Shown here piece by piece: positions 49,513 through 61,255 of a stretch of 64,000 nucleotides of DNA. Made by a program: the position numbers and the translations under genes. The notes under the pieces are model-generated. The model worked only from the letters and a program-made list of their open reading frames with translations, searched no databases and was not told where the DNA came from. This stretch comes from Phoronis australis. Its lineage: Eukaryota; Animalia; Phoronida. Location: NCBI GenBank assembly GCA_002633005.1, contig NMRA01000004.1:997793-1061792 (forward strand), written 5' to 3'. The stretch's first letter is position 1. Every line of letters starts with the position of its first letter.

Positions 49513-51719
49513 CTGAAGGACGAATTGGATCGGCTTATAAGAAAGACGGTGACAATAACGCTGCACACTGTGCATCTATTCCTAAGGTGGTATACATCTG
49601 TCAGAGGGAAACTGAATGTTGATAACGTTATGTAAAACCCTAGGAAATTAGGCTAAGTTTGGAACAACGAAATGGCTTATATCGGATCCCTAGAGGAAAT
49701 TTTCGCATACCATGCTTTAGGCGNCCCCCGCCCACCACCACAATTTTTGATAGCCCCTGTGGAAATGGGGCTCCCATTTTACGAGAGGCCCCTAGCTTTT
49801 AAGGATAATCTTACGCTAACCATAGCAGAGGCAGTGCGGACTATTGGTAGATTTGCTGCCCTCCAATTCAAAGATAGCGTGTTTAAAAGACTACTAGACC
49901 ACACTGTTGGACTCCTGATTGCATAAAGTCTCATGTTCCAATGCTTACTTTGTGTGCCTCATTTCCCACGTGCAAAATGTATTGCGTTGCAATATACAAT
50001 GTACCGTGTGTTAATCTAACTTATTGGAGACGAGACAAAATCAAATAGCTACAATACAGTACAAAGTCCAACGTTTCGGTTCAGTATTGAACGGTCCTCG
50101 GGGTAGCAAAAGTTCAAACAAAATATTACTAAACCTAAAGTTACATCGAAATATGTGAGTTACCCTGAAGATTGATCAAGAGTGAACCGAAATTTTGGAC
50201 TATATATTACAACTATGAATATCTTAACGTTCGATTTGTTATCCCTCATTGATTAAACTATTGCCAAAACGTTACGTTATTGGAAAAATATCTACAATTG
50301 TTTAATTTCTAGTTATGTGAATTGTAATGATCCTGTAATTGGGATTAAACGACAAAATGAAATATGATACTTATATAATCATATAATAATACATAGAAGC
50401 TAAATAGACAAAACGTATGCCTTTGAAGTTCAACCTTAAATATTACGTTTACTCTTCTTTTTATTAAAAAGGTCATCCAATGAGTTCCAACAGGAGATCA
50501 TTTTAATAACTAAAATATGTTGTAGATTTTTTAGTTTCTGTCGATGTACCACCAAACTAACGACTGCAGTTGACTGGCATTGATTTAACCTTTTGTGAAG
50601 ATAAAAATGATGACATAAACTCAAATATACAAAGGGTTGTAATTAGTTTTTCGAAGTGTTTCTATTTTTGTAACATATTTCGAATGATGAGACATTCTGA
50701 CATGTAAAATGATAAAAAAGAAATGATAGGTTGGGATTATCAATGATTAACTTACAGGGAATTGATCAATGCGAAACACTTTGTTTGCATTTCCACGCGA
50801 AGTTCTGCTAATTAATAGCTCACTTAAACACGATATAATTGTTTCAAATAGCGCACGCACGGTAAATATTTGTTTAAAACTAACTAGTGCGTTTGATACC
50901 AATATTCAGAGATGTAGCGTTTCCGTTAAAACGTGTTGAATTGATTAAAACCGACAATTACATTGTCTCTTATATTTGGTCATGAAATTGACGCCAATTA
51001 GAAGGAATAATAACAACTTTATACGACGCTTTTACCAATTATGATGTATCAACTTCTTTTCAACTGCTTGTGTTAGTTCAGTGCGACATTTGATAATTTT
51101 CACATTGAAACAACCCTAGGGATTCTCAGGTTACAGGGATGTCTATTCTGTTAGAACTGAGAGCTTCGTGACTGTTTGAAATTAGCGTCCTTGTAAGACA
51201 ATATCTAAGCCAATACAGAAGACAATTAACAGATCTTTAACAACTAGTTTTGCTTACAAAAGCAGTCGGAGTCTGACTTGTTAAATCAAAAAAGCACAGT
51301 TTGTTCAATTAGACTCGCCCGTGCGAGACAGTGCGTCATTAACAGGTAATTAGGCCCTACTTGGCAATCCACCGGCGTTTAAAACGTTGCTTGCATGCAT
51401 TTTTAACGGCTTCAAAGAAATTGAGACGTTGGCCGACATTGACGTGGGCAGGCGCTTTACACACGGTGTGCAAAAAGTAATGACATTCTATTTTGAATGC
51501 GCACGCATCTTGATTGGGTGCGTGAATGTTCATGAAAATCACTTATTAACAACTTTTGAACTTTTCTATTGTCGGGCATTGAAAATATCTTGAAAATACA
51601 ACTTTACTGAATTTCAGAACATGGTCACCCGTAAAGGGTTTTGCGCACTGCTTCCCGCAGAAAACCTGCAAGGAACTTTGCTTTGTTTGGAAAGAAATAA
51701 AAACTTCGTATTTAGAGAT

Positions 51720-51850
51720 AAGTGTCACTGTTATTATGACTGTTTATCTAATTTCACCCAAGTAGTCCGCCACCCCATACCAGAAGTGTCACTGTTGTTA
51801 TGACTGTATATCTAATTTCACCCAAGTAGTCCGCCACCCCATACCAGAAG
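51720..51850. repeat. Tandem duplication, 64-bp unit x2, in Nedx intron 1
   Basis: AAGTGTCACTGTT(A/G)TTATGACTGT...CCACCCCATACCAG at 51720 and 51784. Confidence 0.9.
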
Positions 51851-52820
51851 CCACCCATTCCGTCGCTCGGGAACGCCTATGAACCATGACGTTCTGCTTA
51901 TGAAGTACTGAGACGCATTTGCAAATTTATCATAATGCTATGGCAATAGCTTTAATTTTTACTTGGTGCTTGAATGCTTGGATATATTAATCTAACATGT
52001 TTAATGGTTGGTACAGGCAATGCTGTCTATGGACAGAAGAATATTCGTTGTCTCTAGATTAATTTCACTTCAACTGTGTTGACTGACTAGCAGGACTTGA
52101 TTTCTGGCGCCCATGAGGATGTATCCTACAGGGTTTTTAAATCATTTGCATATTGGAAGTTATCATGGTATGTATCTATTGTGAACCAAAGTTTATTGAC
52201 TTGTTCGGATTGAGGGTTTCTCCCAGTTACGAAATCGACCAATGCGCAGTAGTAATTCATGTTGAAAAGGTAGGTAAACCATGAGCGTACCCACCCTTTA
52301 ATTATGGGGGGCTCGAATCTCCGACATAGTGGACCTTTTGCTTACAAAAGAGCGGGAGGACTAAAAAACAACAAAAACGGGGTACCACCTTCAGGTCTGT
52401 GAACTGTGCGTCTGCGCCTTTTTAGTGGACTTTTGTCTCGTTTTCTCGGAATTTTTGTTTCTCTGAGGCGGACCTTTTTACCCACTTCGCCAAATGGGAG
52501 GCTCGTTCGAGTCTCCGAACCCCCTCCCCCCTGGATGAGCATCTTCCAAAGTCCACATAAATGACACCATATATTTTTAGAATTAGTGAATAAAGGAAAT
52601 CTAGCCGTCTCTTTCATGAGAATTTGCGCCCTAGAGTGCCCTCTGCATGCATTTCAATCAGATTGTCGTTCACTTTGGAGCACTCTGTGAGGCGGAGATT
52701 TCAAAATGAGTCGGCCATATAGTCTGAACCAACTATGCTACAGTTTCATAAACTTTAGTGTTTTTGCATATACCCGGAGTTAAATGTAGAGAACTAGAGA
52801 AGACAAATATTTCAACTCAC

Positions 52821-53526
52821 CGTTAAAGCCAAGAAAACCATGCGCACCAAGCATGCTGGGATAGAACCAAGGTGACGTCACGAGAGGTTGTGTGGCTGTC
52901 GTGGTCCCGGGTAACATCGGGGTTTGGAATGGGAACATAGCAGGTAGAATCTGCGGCTTAACGGTGCTGCTCTTCAATGCCGTGGCGTCACTAGTCGATA
53001 TCGCATATTTTTGTCGATCACAAAAAGATTGGTTGCCTTGTTCTAACGTGATTTTGTAAGGTGCGTTAGCCTTGCTTTCCTCCGCCAATTTTGCTAACTT
53101 TTTGTCATAACTGCAAAACCTGTCCTCGACTTCTCCACAATCGCTTTCGTTGTCCGAAGAAAATGTCTCTAGTGATCCACAAGCGTTTGGTGTTGTCTTT
53201 TTGGGCAATGTATCATTTTGTAGGATATGATCGATTGTGAAAGCAAACTTTGTTTGTATATCCTTCAGGTTGGAATTGTTAAGAGATAAAGTCTTGCATG
53301 ATTCCTCTTTGCTTTGCCCTGATGTATCGGGCGCACCCGTTCCACTCGGCGTGAATGATGAAGTCAGGTTTAGCGATCCCGCGAGATTAACCGTTGTCGA
53401 TGCGGCTGACTCGCCGCTGGCAGGCATTTTTATACCGCGACAGAAAGAATCTCCACGGCGTTCACTAATTTTCAAACTACCGAAATGAGAATGAAATGAC
53501 ATCGGACTCGGCTTTATAGCGGACAT
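52821..53526 (-). CDS. Nedx: Nedx/lms-type ANTP-class (NKL) homeobox gene, exon 1
   Basis: Long Ser/Thr/Pro-rich ORF from ATG 53526 with an eh1 Groucho-binding motif (FTIDHIL); donor AACG|GTGAGT, 706 nt, phase 1. Confidence 0.85.
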
Positions 53527-56325
53527 ATAATTGGTTCTTACAACATATGCGCGATAATCAATATAAACTTACTTTTCGTGAATAAAGAACAACACTTCAC
53601 GTAATGTAATTGTCAAACATTTGCACACTCGTTCTCAAGTAGCTGCTTTAATAATCTTATTTGCGCCAACTTAACCACGTGTTTGACATCCATGCGCATA
53701 CATGAAACCCGGTTGTTGAATGACAGTAAAAGATTGGACGTTCCTGGAGTAATTAATTATTCATTATACAAGAATACCAGCGAAAACGTTTGATTGGACA
53801 ATTTTTAATGATCTGCCCTGGAGTAAAGAAAACCACGAATGATTAGGCATAAGTGAAAACTTAGTTAGTCAAGGCTACATTTTTTAATGATGCCACTTTT
53901 TTATCAAACGACCGCTTACACGTGGATACAGGTATCCATTTCCGGAAATTACGGCACTTATGTATTTATTTGACTCAATATAAGGTTAAAGGGCAACAAA
54001 CCTACGCCCCATGCCAAAAAAAAAATGTTTAGGCCCTTAATGTTATAAAACCGGTATAACCTTGATCCAGTCTCAAATTGGAGATATTTTAGGCTTGAAG
54101 AGACTGGTAATCGCGCTTTTTCGGGCAGTAGAGAAAGGGCATCGACAGCGATGTCAGTTCTAATAAAGAATGTTAAACAGTCACGGTGGTGACCCGGGTT
54201 GTGTTGAAACGGTGGGACCGGGACTCCGTGAGATTTATAAGTCTGTGGCGACCTTGGGAAATAGGGGGAGGGGTGAAAACAATGGCGACTGGAGGCGGCG
54301 AAATTGGTGGCGACGGGGGTTTTGAATTGGTGGCGATGGAGGGGAAGAGAAAGTATTCACACGCCTATGGTCAGGCACATTTACATCCCCATGCCAAATG
54401 ACGTCGTGTGGAAGTCGCAAGGTGTTGTTTAACTTATGGAATCCATTCGACGGGCGTAAGCTAGCTCATCGCGAGGGTTATAGCCCATGGGTCTCTACCA
54501 TTGTTTTCTTTGTTGTGTCATTGTTCGATACAACTATACAGGTTGCACGAATATGGTACCTTGGGCGCACACCAGCGTTTTACTGATAAACGCTCACTCT
54601 TATCTTCATTATAAGAAAGAAAAAAAAATGAGCAATAGATACGCCTATCTACCGATCTCTATTATACTTGACGAGTTTCGACACCTAGTTCCCCCCGAGT
54701 TTTGCCCCCCACCCCCTCCAGACGCAAGTTTTGGTACATGTACGTCTATGACCAGGCAATTTCAATTCAAACAAAGTAGAAAAAAATCAATGACGTTGCT
54801 TTGGAAGTACAAATGCATATGACGAAAGCTAACGTTTTTAGCACTACACCGTGGTGCTCTAGCGTTGTGCACAGGTTCCAATTTTGAAATAATCTGGCGC
54901 ATGTCTTCTAAAGATGTCCGAAGACGAAACCTTAATAATTTGCGTAATACCGTCAATGTTTTTGACACTACTTTAGCCGGCTTATCAAAGACGCAACGGA
55001 GTGTGTACTTAATTGCTGTAAATACATACACTTATGAGTCATGTTTGATAAATTTTATGTCATTATTTTGTTACTCCCATATATTAATTGGGATGCGTCA
55101 GGGAAAGCATAATGTCACCTTCCATGTGGCTAAATTATCATAATAGTATTGGAAAATTTTAGTATTTGACGTTTATTTTTGTCTTGACATACTGCGTGAG
55201 CCAGGACTGGTTGCCTGTGATTGCCATATCGCGGACAAGGTGGAACCGCAGACATTACCCTAGTTTTGTACTTGAAAAAATGAGTTTTAACTTCGGATGG
55301 AACACATTCCTCATTGTTTGAAACTCGTATCACAGGAAACTGTAATTTTCAAATTGTGCCTAGCGTGTCTTTATCACATCACATCCATTTTTTCTTTAAA
55401 ATTAGAATATAAAGGTCTTGTGTATTGGTCAGCCTCAGGTATAGAGACATATATATTTATGATACCAGCTTGGTGTAAACAAATATACATTAAGTCTATT
55501 TAAGACTCTAGAAAAATTACAAATGCCTAATATTTGGGATCATCATATCTCAAAAACAGCTTATCGGATTCGGGTGAAAGTTTCACATGGTACGCATAAT
55601 GCATTATTCTCCTAAACACTGTTAGCGATTGATTTTAAATTGTTCCATTTTTGAATGAGGGTCTATCAAAAATTAGGTTTCCTGTGATTTTTATGTCTGA
55701 AAATCAAATTTGCATTAAGAAAAACGAAATAGTAATAACAGCATTTTTTAGGTTTCATCTTGAACATTCGTATCAAATAAAATTTGGTGATGTTATTGAT
55801 GGCCAGTCTTTTGCTATGAATGTAGTCTACTTTTTTTCTTTGCTAGATTTTGCTAAAAAGACTTCGCCAAGTGACCCACTCAATGACAGTTTAGTACGAA
55901 GTTAAAATCAAAGTATACATGCTTTATACTTTCATAAAATATTTACTCAAGTCCTGTACATATTTGGTTAAATGCGTAGACCTGTCGATAAGGTCCTACA
56001 CAACCTGAAAGCGAATACAAACCCGCCTTTCATCTCAGAACCATTTTTTGACACCAGGTGGTGATTTCGGGTAAGTTTGTTATTACTCGAGACCAAGCCC
56101 TGAAAGTTATCTTGTATATTTTTCTACTCGATGAACCGAGAATAGTTTTCAAAAAATAACTAAGCCAGGAAATCATTTCTGATCTGCAAATGAGCAGGAT
56201 AAAACCACGTTTATAGCAGCAAGTGGTTAAAGTCACGTGACAACTTCTCCGGATGGAAGGCGATGTAGTCACTTTTTAACTCATTTGAATTGTTTCGCAA
56301 TTGATATTTCAAACCCTGGTGTCGT

Positions 56326-56482
56326 CAAGGGCGGATCCAGGATTTTAGAAAGGGGTGACGGATCAGGGATTTTTTTAAAAAGGGGAGTCCAAGTCAACAA
56401 TTTGAAAATTCTAGATTTGATATCACTAAAATCACGGGAAAAGGCGGGTCCTGACGCCCTTGACTCTCTGGATCCGCCTAGG
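56326..56482. mobile_element. GC-rich MITE, same group
   Basis: CAAGGGCGGATCCAGG ... CTGGATCCGCCTAGG; flanks GTCGT/GTCCT. Confidence 0.6.
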
Positions 56483-59400
56483 GTCCTCCCATGGTAGAAT
56501 GAGTGTAAGACTTGACTGACGATCAGTTTCTTGTCAGAAAGTAGCTCCCCGGGGTATCAGACAATGAACGACAAACGAAGATCCAGTAGAATCTAATGAA
56601 TTTTGCCTCCTTGCTCGACATCTCCTTTTGTATAGCTGCACGGAATGGAGATGCTTCATTTTTACCTTTTGTCAGACCCCCTCACAATCCTGGATTTCCT
56701 CCTAAAAGGCAAATTTACAGACAAATGCAATTCCAAAGTCAAAAATCCCGGCCTGATGACAAGAGCTCAAACTGACATCCATTGTTCCCCCGTTTTCTGT
56801 TTCATCATTCTAAAGGTTGATAAGCGTCTATAGGTCGTATTACTTGTGTGCGACTAGTGACACCTGGACACCTGACTGATTCGTGGTCGGTTTGTATGAA
56901 ACCGTTTAAAGCAATCAAGACTGGATTCAATTAACCATGCTGATCTATTTTCTGAATTATAACCGCTCCATTTCATTTAAAATTCCCTTAAAATCATGAA
57001 AGGTGAATTTTGCCAGTACTTTGTGTCAATAAAATGACTCCTCCAAGATTCTCGAGACAGATGCATCTTTCACACGTGAAGTGGTGTTCCTTTTGTTATG
57101 TGGGGAGTCGTTGAAAATTCTTGCTCTAGTCTAATTGTTATCGCCTACTGCGGAAATGCCCACCAAAGCTTGACAGGTGAGGAATTCTGGCGTTGGAAAA
57201 GAACATAGAACTGATTTAAAAATAAGCATTGATGTATATGTAAGTATGAAGTTTCTTTAAAAATATATATCAAGCACTACATGGAGATGTTAAAAATAGC
57301 CAACTTCAAAGGTAAAATAGTAATTATATAGTAAAATAATAGTAAAATAGCCAAAAACACCACACTATAACTACAGAAGTCTTGCTTTACCAGTCAGTGT
57401 TTTGTGACCGTCGCAAAAATTAAATTAGAACATTCTGAACTCGCCATTGCGTGAAGAGGGATGTCACACAGTACGCACAATAGCTCGCTTCCTAAACAAC
57501 GATACCGGCTTCATTTGTTCTGGCGTCAAATCGGCGTGTTCCTTCAGTTGATGAATTTTTATACACAAAAACTATCACTCTTGAAACTATTCAAGGGGTT
57601 AATTTCAGCTACGATAGCACTTCCACGTTATACCATGCCGTAGCATTGGTAAAATTGTGACTTCTGTAAAACATCACAGGCCCGAAAACATAAAATGGGT
57701 GGTTACCGTATGTACGGAATTGGTGTTTTCAAAATACGTGCACTGAAATGAGTTTTGGACTATCTACTTTTTAAATAATGTTCTTCCAAACCAGCTCACC
57801 GTAGAAAGATCGTAGTTCAAGATTTATTTTGGTGTAGCGGTGTAATCGAGATTGAATACCTGTATTCAAAGTTTTCTGTTTCCCCCCATTTAAAGCTGGT
57901 CGTTCACTTTACATCATCCACGCGCATGAGAGATTATTTAAAACCAGTTTACAACTGTGAGGAAAGTTTGCCTTGCTCTTTAGATAATCAAGTGATTTAG
58001 TCCCGTCTTCACTAATGAGGAATTAGAAAGGACCACGTTTGTTCTTTAGATTAACTTGTAACGTAGCAAATAATGAATTGTAACAACAGTTTGGTCGAGC
58101 AAAATAATTATTTCTTGTTTTAGTAGAGACACCAGGCACGCCTTTCTTATTGTCGTGGTTGAAATCTTTATAAAAATCCTTTGCGATTTCGTAATTATTA
58201 AGCAAGCCACGAACAACATAAGTATGGGCTGGTTTTAATAAAACACAATGAAATTGTTAAAATGTACAATTGTTATTTTAAATGTATTCCTAATCTTTAT
58301 GTGTATTGCATTTTACTGATTACTCGTGTTTGTGACCGAACACTTCTCGCAAACAAAATACAAATTAATAAAGTTTTGCCAATGACTTATCTAATTCTTA
58401 TCGCAATTACGATAAATTTCTGGTATCAATGGTTCACCTTCGTTAAAATGCTTACAAAACGTCGACCGAATTCATACGGAATTCATATGTAAACAAGTGC
58501 GTGACATTACAATTTCTCGCAGAGGCTAATTAAGGACTTGTCATTTTACGAATGGGAAATATCCACTCCGCCCGTATCCACATACATGTATGTAAAGGTG
58601 AATCAAACAGACTTTTTTATCATGATACTCATCGGTATTCAGGGGCGCACATTTTGAGTTGTTCGTTACCAGAAAATAGAACGCTCTTATAATTATTGGT
58701 TCCGTCAATTTTACTTTCACTTCCTCAATTTAAATAGATCGCTGGAAGCAAAAATTCCATTGGTATTTTCCGCATTTTCTCAATCGGTAACTGCGTCAAA
58801 GTCAATAGCACGGAAACTTCGTCAATTAAAGCGCAGCCACAAGACAAAACTGCTGCCAGGGCCCTTTTTGAAGCAGCTTTAACAACAAAAAAACAGATTG
58901 GGAATATGGCCAACGTTCAACTAAAATACATGTTGGCCCTACCTTCCTTTTAAATGGCTCCATAAACGCACACTCAACTTCAATCTTTTCTTAACGTTTT
59001 TTCATCGGTTTTTGTCTGTTGCCTCATTCATGCCCTTTTCATGAGGCACAGTTACGAAATATCCCGGTACACAAACATGCAGCCAACTAGATGTGTTTTA
59101 GCGTGCGATTTTACCTCAGTCTACACTGTATTTCCCAAAATAACAATAATATATAATCCTAGCCTCCAAATGTAATCATTTTTTTTCGTTGTAATAACAA
59201 TGCGAGATCAAAAAGGCGTGTAAACATTAATTTCTCGACTTATTTCTTTCATAGAATAACAACAAATTCTTCACGCGATACCCTTCTAATTGTTCATTCA
59301 TGGGCACGTGCGATGTAAGCACCTTGATAGCTCCTAAGAATCTTGAGAAGTCTTTGAGCTGGGAGCCGGACGCGCAGCCAGCCCCTTCAAAACACATGTT

Positions 59401-61042
59401 AACACGGGCTAATTATTCTAATCTCTTTAAGTTGCGGTGCTCCAATCATCAACGGAATATTAGTTTCAATTAGAGGAAGCACTCATGGGCGTTTAGACTA
59501 TTCCTTACCGTAACATGATTGATTTCAATTTCAAAGCGCCATCGAGTGTTTAGTTGTTAAAGAGACGGAAAATAGTAAGTCCGTTCGAGAGGTTATTAAT
59601 ACCTCGTCATGACAGGGAGCCCGTGACAAAGAATTTTAGAACATTCTTTGGTTGCCCTTGTTTAACAGACCAAGGTATTAGGGCTTAATTCAACGTTGCG
59701 ACATTGCTATTTGCATAGTCCGGTGGCTAATTCCTCTTCAGTCAATACAAATTCTTTGTAAACTTAGAATTACTACTTCAAATTGAAGTTGTTGTCTGTA
59801 CACGTATACATAATTTACTACATTGTGCTATTTTTCACAACCGTTTCGTTAATAACAAACGCCGAATTTTTCTCAAAACGTAGCTTTTGTGCACTAAGAT
59901 ACCAAGCATAGAATAACGTAGAGTTTAATTAATAGCAGACTTAATAACATCATCTCTCGCTTTTCTCCATCAAAACAAATTACTCAGAATCCTCATCGAC
60001 ACTGATTCTATCCTGGAACGTCAACATGACGGAAATCGCAAAATAAAATTTCCAAAAGTAAATTGTCAATCATCTAAACCTCACAGTGCTTCCTGCGCTT
60101 TTTTTCGAACCCAGAATGTAATACGTTAAATTACCATGCTCATGATTGAAACTATATCATAAATTACCAAATGCTAATTGCTTAGATTTCAAAATGAATT
60201 TGTTGACACAGTCTTGTTATGACGCCGACTCGCTAAATATAAATGAAACACAAATGAACTGTTCGTCACTGCAGGGCTGAGACGCAAAATATGAGGCCGT
60301 GTGAGTGGGTATCTTCCGCATGACCATGAGCAAGGTGTCAATGGTTTCCGGCACGACAGGAAGACGAAGAACTCACTCCCATTAACACTAGCGTTCAGGT
60401 GAATTCTTCATTACGCTAACGAACAACGCAGTGCTACAGTCAGCCCTTAGGCCTACATACGTATCGTCTGCTTAATTGTGACGTAATAGGAGACCATGAG
60501 ACGAATTTCCTTCGGATTTTATAGTTTCAATTAACCCCTCAACGAAGTTACATTGAGCGCTACATCGGCAGGTAAAAATGGCCAGTTTCAAATTGAGGTA
60601 AGATACAAATGTCACGCACGTGTGCGTGTGTTTACCAAGTGAATAGAATGAGGGGTGTCGTTCCACATATTCAAGAAAGTAAGTTCTGGCGGATTGGTTC
60701 CCAAAAAATTACTCCTTCGATGATTGAAGTTGGAACCTCTTACGACGTCCCAAATTCGTCCGTGACGCATACGTTTTCGTACGTCAACTTATTTGCAGTA
60801 TATAGGCCTACCAAAGTACCGCTGAGAAACAGTCTGTGTGGTTTAGATGAATTGTAAAATCGATCAGCAACAAACTTAACATGTGATTTTTTTAGCGAAA
60901 TACGTACAAACGTATGGATTTATATATGGATGTACATGCAGGTAGTTTGTGTTTGAATATTGAACGTCATCAGCAAATGACCCTTGTCAATGACTTGGGT
61001 TAATAATTTAACTTCAGCAGATGAAATTTAATAAACTTTAAT

Positions 61043-61255
61043 TCAGTTTAATTCTTTAATCCATATTCCTTCGAAGACCACGTGGCCCATCATTTCAAAT
61101 CCAGCGATCGTAAGCGGCATATACCCATCAAGTGCTTCGTCCATGAGAGTCATGCGCAGTTTGTACAGCGACATCTGGCTGTGAATTTCACTCTTAACTC
61201 CGCTAGTGAATAGAACGTTGAACAAGGGTTGTCCTGTGCGAACATCAGGGGTCAC
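61043..61255 (-). CDS. Probable terminal coding exon of a third gene; resembles a polyglycine-hydrolase-like/BTRD1 structural repeat
   Basis: Strong acceptor ACTTCCTTTCAG|GTG, 70 codons then TGA, ATTAAA just downstream; pattern GYMPLTIAGF....G...FEGIWIK. Upstream exons not found in the window. Confidence 0.45.
   Translation of the reverse strand: MTPDVRTGQPLFNVLFTSGVKSEIHSQMSLYKLRMTLMDEALDGYMPLTIAGFEMMGHVVFEGIWIKELN

Noticed and set aside
54000-60900. Short ORFs between Nedx and the 61-kb exon
   Set aside because: No recognisable motifs or splice-consistent exons; AT-rich intergenic or TE-derived sequence.
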